A stretch of DNA of 64,000 nucleotides, taken from positions 28,054 to 92,053 of the forward strand of contig DASSME010000407.1 in assembly GCA_035689035.1 (NCBI GenBank), in the 5' to 3' direction. A program made the position numbers and the translations under genes. This document shows positions 20,566 through 30,982 of this stretch, piece by piece. The number at the start of each line of letters is the position of its first letter. Position 1 is the first letter of the stretch. A model generated the notes under the pieces. The model saw nothing but the letters and a program-made list of their open reading frames with translations, was not told the origin of the DNA and did no database searches. This DNA is from Longimicrobium sp. GTDB taxonomy: Bacteria; Gemmatimonadota; Gemmatimonadetes; Longimicrobiales; Longimicrobiaceae.

Positions 20566-20883
20566 AGGGAGATCCGCCGTTCCGTCCCGGAAGTGGGGAC
20601 GACCTATCTTCCGTGTAGATGAACGTCCGGGTGGAACGCTGATGCCGAGTGCGGAGATGCCGTCGTTGGATCACACGGCTGAAGGCGTCACGCGGAGCGG
20701 CGGAGAAGAACGGAGCGGCGGAGAAGTGCGTCACCTTCGCGTGCGCTTCTCCGCTGCTCCGTGTGACCCATCCGCCGAGCCTGTGTGGCAATCGAATTCC
20801 CGGACCTGGTACTGGATTGGCGGAAACGTGAAGAGCCGGCGCATGGGCCGGCCCGCGGTGGTACAGACGAGAGGAGCGATGCG

Positions 20884-21294
20884 ATGGCGGTGGAGATCAG
20901 CGGGCGATACACGGGCAACCTGAAGATGGAGCTGCGGCACGGGCCCTCGGGGCAGCCGCTGACCACGGCGGCGCCGCGTGACAACCTGGGCGACGGCAGC
21001 TCGTACTCGCCCACCGACCTGCTGGCCGCGTCGCTGGGGAGCTGCATGGTCACTACCATGGCGATCGTCGCCCGGCGCGAGAACATCCCCTTCGATCGCG
21101 CCGAGTTCACGCTCGAGAAGCACATGACCGCCGCCGCGCCGCGCCGGGTGGACGCCGTCCCCGTCACCATCCGCCTTCCCGCCACGCTCACCCCCGAGCA
21201 GCGCCAGACGCTGGAGGCCGCCGCCCGCGGCTGCCCCGTGCACCGCAGCCTGGCGCCGGAGATCACGCGCGAGGTCACGTTCATCTACGAATGA
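20884..21294 (+). CDS. OsmC family protein
   Basis: 'SPTDLLAASLGSC' and 'CPVHRSL' two-Cys motifs. Confidence 0.9.
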   Translation: MAVEISGRYTGNLKMELRHGPSGQPLTTAAPRDNLGDGSSYSPTDLLAASLGSCMVTTMAIVARRENIPFDRAEFTLEKHMTAAAPRRVDAVPVTIRLPATLTPEQRQTLEAAARGCPVHRSLAPEITREVTFIYE

Positions 21295-21299
21295 GCGAC

Positions 21300-21390
21300 A
21301 ACGGGTGCGGAAGTGCGTGAGTGCGCCAGTGCGGTGAACCGCCGCGAGGCCAAAGACGCACTCGCGCACTGGCGCACCCACGCACCCGTT
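21300..21390. repeat. Dispersed 8-mer-based (gtgagtgc/gcactcac) palindromic element (family B)
   Basis: Copies at ~22618-22712, ~26281-26392, ~27797-27895, ~30420-30520, ~62460-62497 and ~62744-62780, at gene 3' ends. Confidence 0.7.
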
Positions 21391-21396
21391 TGGCCG

Positions 21397-22542
21397 TTAC
21401 ACCCCCGCCGCGGCGCCGGCCAGGTGCGCCGCCGCCAGCGCGGCGATGTGCTGCTGCGCCACCGGAAGGGGATAGCTCTCCACCTGCTCGGGAGTGACCC
21501 ACGCCCACGCGTCGTAGCGCAGGGGGAGCGGGTCGCCGCCCTGCCACTCGCAGAGCACGGCGTGATAGGTGGCGCGCACGTGGGTGAAGGTGTGCTTGAC
21601 CGAGCCCAGCTCGCGCCACGCGCGGACGGTGGCGCCCAGCCCCTCGTGGACGGCGCGCTGGGCGGCGTCGCCCAGCCGCTCGCCGGGGCGCCGCACCTCG
21701 GCGGGGAAGGCCCACATCCCGCCCAGGCGGGCATCGACGGGGCGGCGCACCAGCAGCAGCTTGCCCTGGTGCGTGACCACGGCGGTGGCGGTGTCTTCGT
21801 GGGGGAGGGGCTTGGCCTTTTTCGGGGCGGGGCGCTGCGCCTGGGTGCCCCGCTGCCGCGCCAGGCACAGCTCCTGGGCGGGGCAGAGCTTGCACAGCGG
21901 CCGGTCGACCATGCAGACGGTGGCGCCCAGCTCCATCAGCGCCTGGTTCAGCTCGCCGGGGGCGTAGCCGGGCGCCAGCTGGGCGGCCATGCGCCAGAGC
22001 CGCGCGGCCGAGGGGTCTGGATCGTCGACCCAGCGGGCGAACACGCGCCGCACGTTGCCGTCGACGATGGGCTCGGGCTGGTCATAGGCGATGGACATCA
22101 CGGCGCCCGCCGTGTACGGCCCCACGCCGGGGAGCTCCGCGAACTGCTGGGGATCGCTGGGAATGGTGCCGCCGTGACGCATGACCACCTCCTTCACCGC
22201 GCGGTGAAAGTTGCGGGCGCGCGAGTAGTAGCCCAGCCCTTCCCAGGCCTTCAGCACGTCGTCGAGCGGCGCCTGGGCCAGCGAGTGGAGCGTGGGGAAG
22301 CGCTCCAGCCAGCGCGAGTAGTAGCGCAGCACCGTATCGACCCGCGTTTGCTGCAGCATCACCTCGCTGAGCCACACGCGGTACGGGTCGGGCGTTTGCC
22401 CCGGCGGGGTGCGCCAGGGCAGGTTGCGCTGGTGTGCGCGGAACCACTCCAGCAGCGCCTGCCGCACCCGGGCCAACTCCGGCCCCGAGAAGGGATGGGG
22501 CCACTGAGCGCCCGTGCTGCTTTGGTTTTTCTTCGGTTTCAA
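21397..22542 (-). CDS. mutY: A/G-specific adenine glycosylase
   Basis: 'PYRVWLSEVMLQQT', 'WEGLGYYSRARN', HhH 'LPGVGPYTAGA', 4Fe-4S C-x6-C-x2-C-x5-C, NUDIX-like C-terminus. Confidence 0.96.
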   Translation of the reverse strand: MKPKKNQSSTGAQWPHPFSGPELARVRQALLEWFRAHQRNLPWRTPPGQTPDPYRVWLSEVMLQQTRVDTVLRYYSRWLERFPTLHSLAQAPLDDVLKAWEGLGYYSRARNFHRAVKEVVMRHGGTIPSDPQQFAELPGVGPYTAGAVMSIAYDQPEPIVDGNVRRVFARWVDDPDPSAARLWRMAAQLAPGYAPGELNQALMELGATVCMVDRPLCKLCPAQELCLARQRGTQAQRPAPKKAKPLPHEDTATAVVTHQGKLLLVRRPVDARLGGMWAFPAEVRRPGERLGDAAQRAVHEGLGATVRAWRELGSVKHTFTHVRATYHAVLCEWQGGDPLPLRYDAWAWVTPEQVESYPLPVAQQHIAALAAAHLAGAAAGV

Positions 22543-22722
22543 TCTACGAACGATTCCAGCGTGGACGCAAGGCCTCGGCGGGTTGGGCGTTCAGTGGTGC
22601 AAGGCCAAGATCGTAAACAAGTGCGTGAGTGCGTGAGTGCGCGAGTGCATGGTGTCACGGGCATCCGCGCGGATCCTGAAACTCACTCACGCACTTACGC
22701 ACTTACGCACCCGTTCCGCGGT

Positions 22723-23178
22723 TCACCCCCCGAACTGCCGCAGATGATGATCGATGTGCCTGAACGCCAGGTCGCCCCACTGCTTCCCCGTCATCGTGCC
22801 GAACACGGGGTGGCGCGGCCAGTCGCCGGCGGGTGACCGGGCACCGGTGCGCTCCAGCAGGTCGCGGAAGCGGGCGAGCTCGCCCGCCCAATCGCCGCCG
22901 GCGGGCACCTGCAGCTCGGGCGCGGTGGGGGCACCCTTGGGGAACGGCAGGGTGTAGATCGCCAGCCAGCGCCCCAGCGGATTGGCCAGCGGGCTCCACT
23001 TCGGCTTGACCGCGAGCTCGCCCAGCCCCATCGCCAGCGCGGCGTTCAGGTGCGCCAGCATCTGCGGCGCGTTCATCTTCCCCCACAGCGGCCGTGTATC
23101 GGCCCTGATCCGCTCGATCCGCGTCCGTAGCTCCTCGCGCACGGCCGGATCGAACACCGTCTTCACTGCCGTTTTCAT
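22723..23178 (-). CDS. DinB/DUF1569 family protein
   Basis: 'WGKMNAPQMLAH', 'HPVFGTMT..QW....RHIDHHLRQFG'. Confidence 0.88.
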   Translation of the reverse strand: MKTAVKTVFDPAVREELRTRIERIRADTRPLWGKMNAPQMLAHLNAALAMGLGELAVKPKWSPLANPLGRWLAIYTLPFPKGAPTAPELQVPAGGDWAGELARFRDLLERTGARSPAGDWPRHPVFGTMTGKQWGDLAFRHIDHHLRQFGG

Positions 23179-23526
23179 CGTTAGCCTTCGCTGAGGTGTC
23201 TTTACGGATCGACCATGCTGCGACCGCTGACCTGCGCGCGAGAGCGATGAAGACGCATCCCCCTGACACGAATGCGGTTGACCTCGCCCGCCCCCGCACC
23301 GCATCACGCGCCCGGCACGGACCCCGTCCCGCACCATCCCATCGATCCACCTGCCGCGCGCGCTCACCCGCGGCCACACCGCGGCCGGTAGTCCGCGCAG
23401 GCGCCGCGCAGGCGGACTTCGTGTGGTCGTTGCAGCGAATTCATTCGCCCGGCAATCCCCCGGCGGGAGCCACACTCCCCTACCCGCGACGGACCGGATT
23501 CTCCAGGGTGCCCGCGAATTGGACGA

Positions 23527-24864
23527 TCACCTCGCCCGTGCCAGCTCCGGCACCCGCCACGCGACGGCGATCACGACCACCGCCAGCACCGCGGCGCCGA
23601 TCTGCAGCGCCGTAGGTGCGTCCAGCGCCTTCGACAGCGCGCCGGCCTGGAGCGCGCCGACCGGCGCGGTGCCCACGAACATGAAGACGTAGACCGACAT
23701 CACGCGGCCGCGCAGGTGGTCGGGGACGGTGGACTGCAGGAGCGCGTTCACGGTGGCGTTGTTCAGCACCATGGTGAACCCGACCAGGGCCAGCAGCGCC
23801 AGCGAGAGCGGAAACGAGCGCGACCCGGCGAACGCGAACACGGCGGCGCAGAAGCCCAGCGACGCGCCCAGCATGATCCGCCCGCGCGGGATGCGCTCAC
23901 CCGCCGCCGCCAGCGCGATGCCGCCCGCCAGCGCGCCCGCGCCCGTGGCCGCCAGCAGCCACCCCAGCCCGTGCGCCCCCACCCGCAGGATGTCGCGCGC
24001 GAACACCGGCATCAGCATCACGTAGGGAAAGCCGAGCACCGAGAACACCGCGATCAGGCACACCAGCGTGCGCGACAGCCGGTCGGAGCGGATGTACGCC
24101 AGCCCCTCGCGGATCGTCTCCAGCGTTCCCGCCCGCCGTTCGGGGCGGCGGAAGACGGGGAGGCGCATCGCCCGCAGCCCCGCGAGGACGAAGAGGTACG
24201 AGGCCGCGTTGGCGTAGAAGCACGCCGCCGTCCCCGCCGTGCCGATCAGCCACCCCGCGACCGCCGGGCCCACGATCCGGGTGGCGTTGAACTGCGCCGA
24301 GTTCAGCGCGATGGCGTTCGGCAGGTCGTCCCGCCCCACCAGCTCCACGAAGAACGACTGCCGCGTGGGGATCTCGAAGGCGTTCGCCGTCCCCAGCGCG
24401 AACGCGATCGCCAGCACGGCGGGGTAGGTGACCGTCCGGGTGTGCGTGAGCACGGCCAGCAGCAGCGCCAGCACCAGCGACGCGGCGTTGGCGGCCATGA
24501 TGATGCGCCGCTTGTCGGCCCGGTCGGCCAGGGCGCCTGCGTAGAGCGAGAAGAGGACGGTGGGCACGCTCGCCACTGCCGTCACCACCCCCAGCAGCAG
24601 CTCGGAGTTGGTGAGGTCGAGCACCAGCCACCCCTGCGCGGTGGACTGCATCCAGGTCCCCACCAGCGACAGGAGCTGACCCGCGTAGAAGAGCTGGAAG
24701 TTGCGGTGCCGGAGCGCCGCGAACGCGCCGGACGGCACGGGCGCGTCGGGCGGCGGTGCCGGCTCGTCGGCCGGGGTGGCCCCGGGCGAGCGGTCCAGCT
24801 CCGGGGGCGGGGCGATGCGGTCCACCTCGGCCGCCGTCTCGCGGCCGAGCTCGTCGTCTTCCAA
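23527..24864 (-). CDS. MFS transporter
   Basis: '[10 protein letters not shown]', '[11 protein letters not shown]', 12 TM helices. Confidence 0.92.
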   Translation of the reverse strand: MEDDELGRETAAEVDRIAPPPELDRSPGATPADEPAPPPDAPVPSGAFAALRHRNFQLFYAGQLLSLVGTWMQSTAQGWLVLDLTNSELLLGVVTAVASVPTVLFSLYAGALADRADKRRIIMAANAASLVLALLLAVLTHTRTVTYPAVLAIAFALGTANAFEIPTRQSFFVELVGRDDLPNAIALNSAQFNATRIVGPAVAGWLIGTAGTAACFYANAASYLFVLAGLRAMRLPVFRRPERRAGTLETIREGLAYIRSDRLSRTLVCLIAVFSVLGFPYVMLMPVFARDILRVGAHGLGWLLAATGAGALAGGIALAAAGERIPRGRIMLGASLGFCAAVFAFAGSRSFPLSLALLALVGFTMVLNNATVNALLQSTVPDHLRGRVMSVYVFMFVGTAPVGALQAGALSKALDAPTALQIGAAVLAVVVIAVAWRVPELARAR

Positions 24865-24979
24865 CAGAAGGCCTCACTTCAACAGCGGGGATCGGCCGCT
24901 TATCTTACCAGCAACGGCCCCCCGCGCGCCACCGCGTGCGTACGCGGGCCGCGGCGGGCACCCCGGACGCGGCGGACCG

Positions 24980-26281
24980 ATGCGCTTCACGCAATACGGC
25001 AAGTACACCGGCAACCTGGCCGACGCGCTGAACCTGCAGTCGCTGCTCGACCAGCTCTCCGACTTCCTCCTCCAGTCGGGCTTCGCGGGCGGCCAGCACT
25101 GGCACCCGTACTGGGGCGAGTTCGGCGGCGACGAAGACGACCGCTCGCTCGACGCGCTGAAGGACGCGCTGCTCCGCGCGCTGCTGGAGAGCGGGATGCT
25201 GACCCCCGAGATGGTGGCCGAGCTGCGCGGCGACGGCGAGCCCAGCGAGGAGGTGCGCCAGCAGATCGCCGAGCTGCTGGACCGGCTGATCGAGCGGATG
25301 GTGGAGGAAGGCTACCTCAACGTGAACGCCCCTCCCCAGATGCCGGGCGGCTACGAGGAGGTGAAGGACGGCCACGGCAAGGTGGACGACGCCCGCGAGG
25401 CCGCCCGCCAGGTGGAGTTCAGCCTCACCGGCAAGGGGATCGACTTCCTGGGCTGGCGCACCCTGCGCCACCTGCTGGGCGCGATGGGGAAGAGCTCGTT
25501 CGGCAGCCACGAGACGCCGCACCTGGCCACGGGCGTGGAGGCCGAGGCCGCCAGCCGCCCCTACGAGTTCGGCGACGTGATGAACCTGGACATCCCCGCC
25601 ACGCTCAAGAGCGCGCTGGGCCGGGAAGGGCTGAGGGACGACGGGACGATCCCGCTGGACTACGGCGACCTGCACGTGCACCAGGCCGAGTACCGTTCCA
25701 GCTGCGCCACCGTGCTGATGCTGGACACCAGCCACAGCATGATCCTCTACGGCGAGGACCGCTTCACCCCGGCCAAGAAGGTGGCGCTCGCCCTCACCCA
25801 CCTGATCCGCACCCAGTTCCCCGGCGACACGCTGAAGGTGGTGACCTTCGGCGACGACGCGGCCGAGATCCCGCTGAGCCAGCTGGCGCACGCGCAGGTG
25901 GGCCCGTTCCACACCAACACCGCGGCGGGGCTCAAGCTCGCGCGCAAGCTGCTGCTGGCGCAGAACAAGGACATGCGCCAGATCGTGATGATCACCGACG
26001 GGAAGCCATCCGCGATCAGCATGCCCGACGGGCGGATCTACAAGAACTCGATGGGGCTGGACCAGCGGGTGCTGCGCGAGACCTTCCGCGAGGTGGGCGC
26101 CTGCCGCAAGAGCGGGATCCTGATCAACACCTTCATGCTGGCGCGCGACCCGTATCTCGTCGCCTTCGTGAACCAGGTGTCGCAGATCGCCCGCGGCAAG
26201 GCGTACTTCACCAGCACCATGACGCTGGGCCAGTATATCATGCGTGACTTCCTGCGGCGGAAGACGCGGCGGGCGGGATAG
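24980..26281 (+). CDS. VWA domain-containing protein
   Basis: MIDAS 'LDTSHSM', 'TNT', 'ITDGKP'. Confidence 0.9.
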   Translation: MRFTQYGKYTGNLADALNLQSLLDQLSDFLLQSGFAGGQHWHPYWGEFGGDEDDRSLDALKDALLRALLESGMLTPEMVAELRGDGEPSEEVRQQIAELLDRLIERMVEEGYLNVNAPPQMPGGYEEVKDGHGKVDDAREAARQVEFSLTGKGIDFLGWRTLRHLLGAMGKSSFGSHETPHLATGVEAEAASRPYEFGDVMNLDIPATLKSALGREGLRDDGTIPLDYGDLHVHQAEYRSSCATVLMLDTSHSMILYGEDRFTPAKKVALALTHLIRTQFPGDTLKVVTFGDDAAEIPLSQLAHAQVGPFHTNTAAGLKLARKLLLAQNKDMRQIVMITDGKPSAISMPDGRIYKNSMGLDQRVLRETFREVGACRKSGILINTFMLARDPYLVAFVNQVSQIARGKAYFTSTMTLGQYIMRDFLRRKTRRAG

Positions 26282-26417
26282 GCACCGCGAACAGGTGCGT
26301 GAGTGCGTTGAAACGGGTGCGCGAGTGCGTCAGGAGCCCACGGGAATCCAACGCACTTGCGCACCCGTTCTAACGCACTGGCGCACCTGTTGACGATATC
26401 CGCCCCCGCGCCGGCCC

Positions 26418-27722
26418 CTACATCCCCGTTGGATACGTTTCCGGCACCTCGTGCTCGGGGACGGGCGCCAGATGCAGCGGGCGCAGCGCCTGGCTGTGGT
26501 CGATGTACAGCATCGCGTCGTAGCGATACGGGAGCACGGTGGGAACGTAGTTGCCGTACGCCTCGCGCTCGGGGCGATAGACCACGCCGATGGCGCGGTG
26601 GCCGCGGCGGTCCAGCGCGCCGGGCACCTCGTCCATCCCCTCCAGCAGCACCAGCTTGTCCGTGGCGCCGGCCTGGTGGAAGACGTCCTCCCAGCTCCCC
26701 GGGCGCGCGGCGGGGACGTCGACGCGGCGCATCGGCGCGCCCCACTCCTCGCCGGCGATCACCGATCCCTCGTACGACGAGAAGCCTGCGATCACCACGT
26801 CGTTGCCATACGCCTCGCGGGTGAGCTGGCCGATGTTCACCATCCCCGAGCGCGCCATGTCGGTGGCGCGCGCGTCGCCCACGTGGGTGTTGTGCTCCCA
26901 GACGATGGCCTTCGCGTCCGGGCCATGGTGTTTCATCAGCCGGTCGAGCGTTTCCATCATGTGGGTGTCGCGCACGTTCCAGCTGGCCGCGCCGCCGCGG
27001 ATCATCGCGCGGTAGTAGCGCTCGGCGTTCTGGGCGACCAGGGCGTTCTGCTCGGCGTTGAAGTACGCCTCGGGGCCGTCGCGGCGGAAGTCGGGGCCCT
27101 TGCGGCGCAGCTCGGAGAGGGTGGCGACCACCTCGTCCTCGCAGTCGGTGGGGACCATCGCGGTGGCCCACGCGTACTCCTGCACGTCTTCCTCGAAGGG
27201 ATCGAAGCAGCCGTACGAGCGCCGCGCCCTTTCGGCCAGTGCGGGGTCGACCCGCTCCAGGTAGCGGGTGACCACGTCGATCGACTCCCACAGCGAGTAC
27301 ACGTCCAGCCCGTAGAAACCCACCTTCCTTTCGTCCGGCAGGTCGAGGTTGAAGGCGCGCAGCCACTCGGCGAGCTGGACGACTTCCTCGTTCGCCCACA
27401 TCCAGGTGGGCCAGCGGCTGAAGGCGTGCAGCACCTCGCGGGCGTCGGCGCCCACCTCGGCCCAGGCTTTCGCGTAGAGGTTGACGGTGTAGCAGTCGGG
27501 CCAGTCCCCTTCGGCGGCGATGAAGCGGAACCCCTTCTCGGCGATCAGCCGGCGCGAGATGCGGTCGCGCCAGGTGTAGAACTCGGATGTGCCGTGGCTC
27601 GCCTCCCCCAACAGCACCACGCGCGCGTCGCCGATGCGCTCCAGCAGCGGATCCAGGTCGCTGTCTTCGCGCAACGGCAATGCGCGCTTGCGCACCGCCT
27701 CGATCAACCGTTCTTCCGACAT
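26418..27722 (-). CDS. Erythromycin esterase family protein
   Basis: 'VLLGEASHGT.EFY', 'EGDWPD', 'WNVRDTHM', 'VWEHNTHVGDARAT'. Confidence 0.92.
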   Translation of the reverse strand: MSEERLIEAVRKRALPLREDSDLDPLLERIGDARVVLLGEASHGTSEFYTWRDRISRRLIAEKGFRFIAAEGDWPDCYTVNLYAKAWAEVGADAREVLHAFSRWPTWMWANEEVVQLAEWLRAFNLDLPDERKVGFYGLDVYSLWESIDVVTRYLERVDPALAERARRSYGCFDPFEEDVQEYAWATAMVPTDCEDEVVATLSELRRKGPDFRRDGPEAYFNAEQNALVAQNAERYYRAMIRGGAASWNVRDTHMMETLDRLMKHHGPDAKAIVWEHNTHVGDARATDMARSGMVNIGQLTREAYGNDVVIAGFSSYEGSVIAGEEWGAPMRRVDVPAARPGSWEDVFHQAGATDKLVLLEGMDEVPGALDRRGHRAIGVVYRPEREAYGNYVPTVLPYRYDAMLYIDHSQALRPLHLAPVPEHEVPETYPTGM

Positions 27723-28023
27723 TCCCGAGCCTCCATCCCCTTTTGCCACAGCCCACAAAGCGCCACCTGTGGTGTAGCAGGTTCCACGCCGGTCCCGTCA
27801 ACAGGTGCGCAAGTGCGCCAGTGCGTTGGATCGTGCCGATTCCCAACGCGCTGGCGCACCCGTTTTCACGCACTTGCGCACCCGTGCGCGGTGCCGAGGA
27901 TCGAGATCAATCGTTGTATGGATCACGCCCGCGCCAACCATCACACCAGCGGGTGAAGAACGTGCTGCACCTCGATAGTGGGCCATGCGCCTTCAGAAAC
28001 ACGGGAGAATACTGCTGCCGTTA

Positions 28024-29112
28024 CTACGAAGACATTCGCGCGAGCGCATGCTTTGCCGCACGAATACGCGCGGTTTCGGCGCTCGCGAGAGCTTCTGTCA
28101 TCCTTGTACCGTTGTGTTCAACATATTCAAACCGTCGGACGACTTCGACAAGACGGTCCTCCTTATAGAGATACGCCGCGAGTCCAGCGGCGATATCCGC
28201 CGCGCGTACAGGTTCTGAAAGGACTGAGTCGAGTTCGATCAGGCAGCTAGGCTGCTCGGACTGGGTCAGCGCGAACGGATCATAATCCATCAAATCGCTG
28301 AACTCCCGGCGCAAACTCTCGAGTATACCAAGAACTTTTGTATTCCCACGGTCGAAGGCATGCTTTTTTCGAAGTTCGGCTCCAATTCGCTGCTTTTCGA
28401 GGTTGCTGTATGCCTGAAGACTCCATCCGTCATGTGGGCTTGCGACTTCTTCCAACGCGTTCGCGAAAACGGATGCAGATCTCGCAGCAAACAGCAATGT
28501 GTGGTTTAGCTTGTTGTCAAGCTGGTATCGAAGTTTGTGATGCATCTCGCTCAACTGTTCTGCCCCGATTACATCGACCCATCCGTTCATCAGCACGACA
28601 TCGATATATCGCGCAAGTTGCTCGGCGCGAGAATTCCACAATACGTCTGCAGCTACGAACTCCGCTTCCAGTTCGCGCAACTTCTGACCTGCAGGCGTCG
28701 GTTCGTTTAGACTTCGTAACATCCAATCGTCACCGGAATCAAGTAGCTCGTGCCTTAACCCCATAACGTACGGACGTGGGTCTACTATATGGATCCGCGC
28801 TAGGCGCGCACCATTCCATACTGACTCTCGAAGGTCGTAGGAGAGATCGGGTAGTCGTTCTAAAACAGTTTGTGACTTCAGTTCGCCGTCAACGGAAATT
28901 TGCTTAACAAGGTCATAATACCAGTCAAGCGGATGGTGTGGAAACCATTGTGCTGCGACAATGACTCTGCCGAATCCCGAAGCGTGATCGCGCGGGGTCG
29001 TTTCATCCGTAAATGAAACAACCCCGTCGCCTTCCGGTGTAAGCTCCACCGCGTTTTGAAAAGCGGACACAGGCAGATCTCCACTGCTGTGGCTCTCGCC
29101 GGTAACCGGCAT
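28024..29112 (-). CDS. Lower-GC hypothetical protein, DUF3800-like (RNase H-fold) putative nuclease
   Basis: N-terminal 'SFTDET' and C-terminal 'DS...PVRAADIAAG' resemble the DUF3800 DE...S..QxAD pattern; starts 17 bp after rtcB; atypical codon usage. Confidence 0.5.
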   Translation of the reverse strand: MPVTGESHSSGDLPVSAFQNAVELTPEGDGVVSFTDETTPRDHASGFGRVIVAAQWFPHHPLDWYYDLVKQISVDGELKSQTVLERLPDLSYDLRESVWNGARLARIHIVDPRPYVMGLRHELLDSGDDWMLRSLNEPTPAGQKLRELEAEFVAADVLWNSRAEQLARYIDVVLMNGWVDVIGAEQLSEMHHKLRYQLDNKLNHTLLFAARSASVFANALEEVASPHDGWSLQAYSNLEKQRIGAELRKKHAFDRGNTKVLGILESLRREFSDLMDYDPFALTQSEQPSCLIELDSVLSEPVRAADIAAGLAAYLYKEDRLVEVVRRFEYVEHNGTRMTEALASAETARIRAAKHALARMSS

Positions 29113-29129
29113 CTGAATCTGACGCGCGA

Positions 29130-30404
29130 TCAATCCTTGTACGGATCGATCTCGCCGGCGCCGGCCATGACGACGACCAGCGGATGCAGGACGTGCTGCA
29201 CCTCGATGGTGGGGCCCTGCGCCTCGAGCACCTTCGGGAGGCGGCGGTAGACCTGCGGCGCCTCGTCCAGGCCGCCGCCGCGAAGGACAACGCCACGCTT
29301 CGCCAGCCAGTCTTCCACCATCGTCGGCTGGATCTTGCCGTGGCTCTTCACCATCCCCTTGCGGGTGCGCTTGCCGGCGGCCTCGGTGCGGCTCATCACG
29401 CGGCCGGCGCCGTGCACGGTGCTGAACAGCGCGTCGCGCTGCACGGCCGCGATCTCGCTGTCCTCCGGCGCCACCGCGCCGGCCACGATCACCGCGTCGT
29501 CGCCCATTGATCCGCCGATGAAGCCGCGCTGGCCGGGGAACGCCGGCGTGGCGCCCTTGCGGACCACGATGTACTCCACCGGCTCTCCCTCGGGCGAAAG
29601 ATGGGTCTCGCGCCAGGCGAAGTTGTGGTGGTTGTGCACCATCTCCAGCTCGGTGCCGCCCAGCAGCTCCACCACCTTGCGCGCCACCCACTCGCGCCCG
29701 GCGTAGGCGTAGCGGCCAGCCAGCTCCATCAGGTGCCAGTAGTCGTGCCCCACGGGCTGGGTCACGTCCAGCAGCACCTCCTTCTCCCGCGCGCGCTGCC
29801 CCCAGTCGCCGCCCTGGGACAGCGACAGGAAGTCCGACGCGACGGTGTGCCCGAAGCCGCGGCTGCCGAAGTGCACGCCCACCCACACCGTGCCCGCGTC
29901 GTCGGCGAACACGTCCACGTAGTGGTTGCCCGAGCCGACGGTGCCCAGCTGGCGCCGCGCCTTCTCGCGAAGCGTATCGCGGTAGCCGCCCGTGTTGGGG
30001 ATGGCGTACCACGCCGGGTCGTTGAAGAGCGGGTCGTCCACCGGCGCGTCGTCGGCCTCGTTCTTCCGCCCGATCCCGAACGACACCGTCCCCGCGATCT
30101 CGTCCGCCGCACGGTTGACGCGCCGGTCCGTCGCCAGCCGGTGCGGGTTCCGCCGCACCTCGTCGATGGTGAGCCCCTTGGTGATGTCTCCGATCGTGAG
30201 GTCGGTTCGGATCGCGCAGTTCCCGCACGCGATGTCGAAACCCACGCCAACTACCGAAATCTTATCACGATACGCCGCCACGCCACCGATGGGCATCACG
30301 TAGCCGACGTGCCCGTCCGCCATGATGGCGGCCCGTTCAGCGCGGCTCGCGACGTCACGCAGCTGCAGGATCGTCTTCTCGTCGTGCTGCCCGAAGATCT
30401 TCAT
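29130..30404 (-). CDS. rtcB: RNA 2',3'-cyclic phosphate/5'-OH ligase RtcB
   Basis: 'DGHVGYVMPIG', 'VGFDIACG', 'GTVGSGNHY', 'HFGSRG', 'HNHHN', 'RKGATP', 'HGAGR', 'DEAP..Y'. Confidence 0.95.
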   Translation of the reverse strand: MKIFGQHDEKTILQLRDVASRAERAAIMADGHVGYVMPIGGVAAYRDKISVVGVGFDIACGNCAIRTDLTIGDITKGLTIDEVRRNPHRLATDRRVNRAADEIAGTVSFGIGRKNEADDAPVDDPLFNDPAWYAIPNTGGYRDTLREKARRQLGTVGSGNHYVDVFADDAGTVWVGVHFGSRGFGHTVASDFLSLSQGGDWGQRAREKEVLLDVTQPVGHDYWHLMELAGRYAYAGREWVARKVVELLGGTELEMVHNHHNFAWRETHLSPEGEPVEYIVVRKGATPAFPGQRGFIGGSMGDDAVIVAGAVAPEDSEIAAVQRDALFSTVHGAGRVMSRTEAAGKRTRKGMVKSHGKIQPTMVEDWLAKRGVVLRGGGLDEAPQVYRRLPKVLEAQGPTIEVQHVLHPLVVVMAGAGEIDPYKD

Positions 30405-30522
30405 CGTCTCTCTTTATCCCCGCACCTGAAGCAGGTGCGCCAGTTCGTCCGTGCGGTCCCATGTTCGCCAGGCAGCGAGATGCAAACGCACTTCCGCACT
30501 CGCGCACTCACGCACCTGTTGA

Positions 30523-30843
30523 TTAGTCCTCGTCGTCCCAGCGCTTGTCGGAGCGCTCTTCCTTGCGCTGAAGGTACTGGAACTCGCGGTCGCGCGCCCG
30601 CTGGCGCTCGGTGGATTCGCGGATGCCCTCGATCACGCTGGTGCGCAGCCACACCCGCGCGCCGTTGATGTCCACGAACTTGATCCACCGCGGCAGCCAG
30701 CGCCGCTCCAGCGCACGCGACAGCCGCGCCGCCGTGGCCACGTCCACGTAGTACCACTCGCGGCGGGTGTCCACCACGAAGTAGTCGCCCGCGTTCGGCT
30801 GCTCGCGCCCGGCCTGCTCCTGCTTCTGCCTGGTCGTGGTCAT
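30523..30843 (-). CDS. Small hypothetical protein between rsr and rtcB
   Basis: 106-aa ORF with coding-like codon bias; beta-rich core and charged tail. Confidence 0.7.
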   Translation of the reverse strand: MTTTRQKQEQAGREQPNAGDYFVVDTRREWYYVDVATAARLSRALERRWLPRWIKFVDINGARVWLRTSVIEGIRESTERQRARDREFQYLQRKEERSDKRWDDED

Positions 30844-30982
30844 GCTCGGTTCAGGGTTCTGCCGCCCGAAGCGCGGGTCCACCCAAGACCCGCGTCCGCG
30901 CGACATCAGTCGTATGATCTCCGGCCATCCGTCTCCCCGCGGGCGGGGCACGGGCCGGAGCCCGGGCCCCGGACCGCGCCGC

